Origin: Chiloscyllium plagiosum
Taxonomy: Eukaryota
Assembly (NCBI RefSeq): GCF_004010195.1
Contig: NC_057721.1
Coordinates: 79,324,286 to 79,388,285, forward strand
Length of the DNA stretch: 64,000 nucleotides
Reading direction: 5' to 3'
Of the stretch, positions 60,221-64,000 are shown one piece after another. The notes under the pieces are model-generated. The model made no database searches. It saw only the letters and a list, made by a program, of their open reading frames with translations, and had not been told where the DNA came from. Made by a program: the position numbers and the translations under genes. Numbering within the stretch: the stretch's first letter is position 1; every line of letters starts with the position of its first letter.

Positions 60221-60939
60221 TTTCCAAATGTTCCCACAAGGATTAGGAAATGAATAAATACAAGAACATACTCAAATTGTTAAGTGTCCACGTTATTTTT
60301 CAATAGCTGCCTGACTTTAAATCAAACTTTAGTCATAGTGAGCATCTGAATGCTCCTCGGAATGTTAATCAGGGAATAATCGCTAATCCTAGGATCACAG
60401 TTTATGGACTTCTGGAGAGGTCAGGTCACATAATCACAAAGTTTTACAGAACAAAATGAGGCCATTTGACCCATTGAATGGGTACTAGCTCTCCATAGGA
60501 GCATCATTACCTTGTGCTATTCTCCTGCCTTTTCCTTATGCCTTTGCAACAATTAGCTACTGCACTCTTGACTGACTCAACTGAATCTGATAAAAGCATA
60601 CATCTGTTCCAGATCCAAACCACTCTTGGGAAAATGTTATTTTTTTCTCACATTACACTTTCTTAATTTCCAACCTATGTTCTCTTGTTCTTAGACCATA
60701 AGACATAGGAGCAAAAATTAGGCCATTCAGCCCATCAAGTCTGCTCCGCCATTCAATCATGGCTGACAGGTTTTTCAGCCCCATTTTCCCACTTTCTCCC
60801 CGTAACCTTTAATCCCCTTGGCAATCATGAACTTATCCATCTCTGTTTTAAATGTACTCAATGACCTGGCCTCCATAGCCTTCTGTGGCAATGAATTCCA
60901 CAGATTCTTGATCCTTTTCTGAGCAATTTCTACCTATTC

Positions 60940-63900
60940 TGGTCTCCCTCCTATGGGAAGAATGTTGTGAAACTTGAAAGGGTTCAGAAAAGATTTACAA
61001 GGATGTTGCCAGGGCTGGAGGATTTGAGCTACAGGGAGAGGCTAAACAGGCTAGGGCTGTTTTCCCTGGAGTGCCGGAGGCTGAGGGGATGAGTTTATAC
61101 AGGTTTATAAAATCATGAGGGGCATGGATAGAGTAAACAGATTTTTCTCTGGGTTGGGGGAGTCCAGAACTAGAGGGCATAGGTTTACGGCGAGAGGAGA
61201 AAGATATAAAAGAGATCTAAGGGGCAACTTTTTCACACAGAGGGTGGTACGTGTATGGAATGAGCTGCCAGAGGATGTGGTGGAGGCTGGTACAATGACA
61301 ACATTTAAAAGGCATCTGGATGAGTATATGAATAGGAACAGGTTAGAGGGATATGGGCCCAATGCTGGCAAATGGGACGAGATTAAATAAGGATATGTGG
61401 TAGGCGTGGACAAGTTGGACTGAAGGGTCTGTTTCCAGGCTGTACATCTCTATGACTTAAACCCTAAGGCCTTTTATAGGTATATCAGGAATAGAAGAAT
61501 GACTAGAGTGAGTTTAGGGCCCATCAAAAATAGTAGTAGAAAGTTGTGTGTGGAATCTGAGGCCAGAGGGGACGAGCTCAATGAATACTTTTTGTGAGTA
61601 TTCACATTGGAAAAAGGCAATGTTAGTGAGAATATGGAGATATTAGCTACTGAATTAGATGGGATTGTGGTTGATAAAGAGGAGATTTTAGAAATTTTGG
61701 AAAATCTGAAAATAGATAAGACCCCTGGGCCAGATGGGATTTACGCTTGGATTCTCTGGAAAGCCAGGGAGGAGAATGCAGAGCTTTTGGCTTCGATCTT
61801 TATATCATCATTGTCTACAGGAATAGTGCCAGAAGACTGGAGGATAGCAAATGTTGTTCCCTTGTTTAAGAAGGGGAGTCGGGACAACCCTGGTAATTAT
61901 AGGCCAGTGAGCCTGACTTCCATTGTGGGTAAGGTGTTGGAAAAGGTTCTAAGAGATAAGATTTATAATCATCTGGAAAGGAATAATTTGATTAGAGATA
62001 GTCAACATGGTTTTGTGAAGAGTAGGTCATGCCTAACTTAGCAAAAGTGGGTCATCTTCCGCCTCAGGACCTTCCAACTCCAGGGCATCAATGTGAACTT
62101 CACCAGTTTCCTCATTTCCCCTCCCCCACCTTTCCGTAGTTCCAACCTTGCAGCTCAGCACCATCCTCATGACCTGCCCATCTGTCCATCTTCCTTCCCA
62201 CCTCTCCGCTCCACCCTCCTCTCTGATGTATCACCCTTACCCCCACCTCCATCCACCTATTGCACTCTCAGCTACCTCCTCCCCAGCCCCACCCCCTCCC
62301 ATTTATCTCTTTACCCCCGAGACTCCCAGCCTCATTCCTGATAATGGGCTTTTTTCCTGTCCCTTAGATGCTGCCTGATCTGTTGTGCTTTTCCAGCATT
62401 ATTCTAACCATGCCTAACTAATCCTATTGAGTTCTTCGAGAAGGTGACAAAACAGGTGGATGAGGGTAACACAGTTGATGTAGTGTATATGGACTTCAGT
62501 AAGGCGTTTGATAAGGTTCCACATGGACAAAATATGGAGTTTCGGGATTGGAGGTGATTTAGCGGTTTGGATCAGAAATTGGCGAGCTGAAAGAAGACAG
62601 AGGGTGGTAGTTGATGGGAAATGTTCATCCTGGAGCTCAGTTGCCAGAGGTGTACCGCAAGGATCTGTTTTGGGGCCACTGCTGTTGTCATTTTTATAAA
62701 TGATCTGGATACGGGTGTAAAAGGATGGGTTAGTAATTTTGCGGATAACACAAAGGTAGGCAGAGTTGTCAACAGTGCCAAAGGATGTTGTGGTTTACAT
62801 AGGGAGATAGATGAGATGCAGAGCTGGGCTGAGAAGTAGCAAATGGTGTTTAATCCGGAAAAGTGTGAGGTAGTTCACTTCGGAAGAAGTAATAGGAATT
62901 CAGAGTATTGGGCTAATGGTAAAATTCTTGGCAGTGTAGATGAACAGAGAGATCTCAGTGTCCAGGTGTATAAATCCCAGAAATTTACCACCCAGACGGA
63001 TAGGGTTGTTAAGAAGGCATATGGTGTTTGATTAGATTCCCTACAGTATGGAAACAGGCCCTTCGGTCCAACAAGTCCACACCGACCCTTCGAAGAGTAA
63101 CCCACCCAGACCCATTCCCCTATCTTACATTTACTCCTGACTAATACACCCAACACTATGGGCAATTCAGCATGGCCAATTCACCTGACCTGCACATCTT
63201 TGGATTGTGGGAGAAAACCAAAGCACACCCACGCAGACAAAGAGAGAACGTACAAAATCCACACAGACACTCGCCCGAGGTGGAAATTGAACCCGGGTCC
63301 CTGGCGTTGTGAGGTAGCAGTGCTAACCACCGAGCAAATGCGTGCATTGATATATAATAGTAGGGGGATTGAGTTTCAGAGCCACGTGGTCATGTTTCAG
63401 CCGTACAAGGCACTGGTAAAGTCGCACCTGGAGTATTGTGTGCTGTTCTGGTCACTACGTTATAGGAAGGATGTGGAAGCTTTGGAAAAGGTTCAGAGGA
63501 GATTTACTAGGATGTTGCCTGATATGGAAGGAAGGTCTTATGAGGAAAGGCTGAGGGAACTAAGAGAAGAATGTTGAGTGATGACTTAATTGAGACGTAT
63601 ATGATAATCAGAGGGTTAGACAGGGTGAACAGTGAGAGCCTTTTTCCACAGCTGGTGAAGGCTAACAGAAGGGGACATGGCTTTAAATTGAGGGATGATA
63701 GATCTACGACAGATATGAGGGGTATTTTCTTTACTCAGAGAGTAGTAGGGGTGTGGAACGGCCTGCCTGCAACAGTAGTTACTCATTGGTATTAATGGCA
63801 TTTAATGGGCATTGGACATGCATTTGGATAATAATGGAATGGTGTAGGCTAGATGAGCATCAGATGAATTTCACAGGTCAGCTCAACACCAAGGGCCAAA

Positions 63901-63940
63901 GGGCCTGTACTGCGCTGTAACAATCTATGTTCTATGTTCA
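60940..63940 (+). mobile_element. stacked CR1-like LINE fragments with nested PLE (62040-62400) and SINE (63030-63335, -)
   Basis: KTPGPDGI, GNYRPVSLTS, YMDFSKAFD, PQGSVLGP, FADNTK; ctatgtt tail. Confidence 0.85.
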
Positions 63941-64000
63941 TGAAGCCTCTATCAAATTTCCTCTTAGCCTTCTTCGCCTCAGGGAGAACAGTCCTAAATT

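Overview
Eukaryotic (intron-containing) genomic DNA, very probably from a shark or other cartilaginous fish (HE1-like tRNA SINEs, CR1/HER1-like LINEs; inference). The only host genes are a cluster of three divergent c-type lysozyme/alpha-lactalbumin-family (GH22) paralogs, assembled by hand from splice sites. Gene A is on the - strand with only exon 1 in the window (2825-2954). Gene B is on the + strand with 4 coding exons (8384-25134, 150 aa), cationic, with both catalytic residues intact. Gene C is on the + strand with 4 coding exons (41590-59226, 149 aa); it has a complete alpha-lactalbumin-type Ca2+ loop ([10 protein letters not shown]), an Asp52->Asn change and a remodelled cleft. Most of the rest is mobile DNA: three Penelope-like families whose terminal repeats carry minimal hammerhead-ribozyme motifs and which insert as fold-backs with 9-18 bp target-site duplications (TSDs), two decayed Ty3/Gypsy elements (one Gmr1-like), CR1/L2/Rex1 LINE fragments, SINEs, MITEs and an unclassified inverted composite repeat. 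A 122-nt assembly gap lies at 1757-1878. Repeat boundaries are approximate; exon boundaries were counted base by base.
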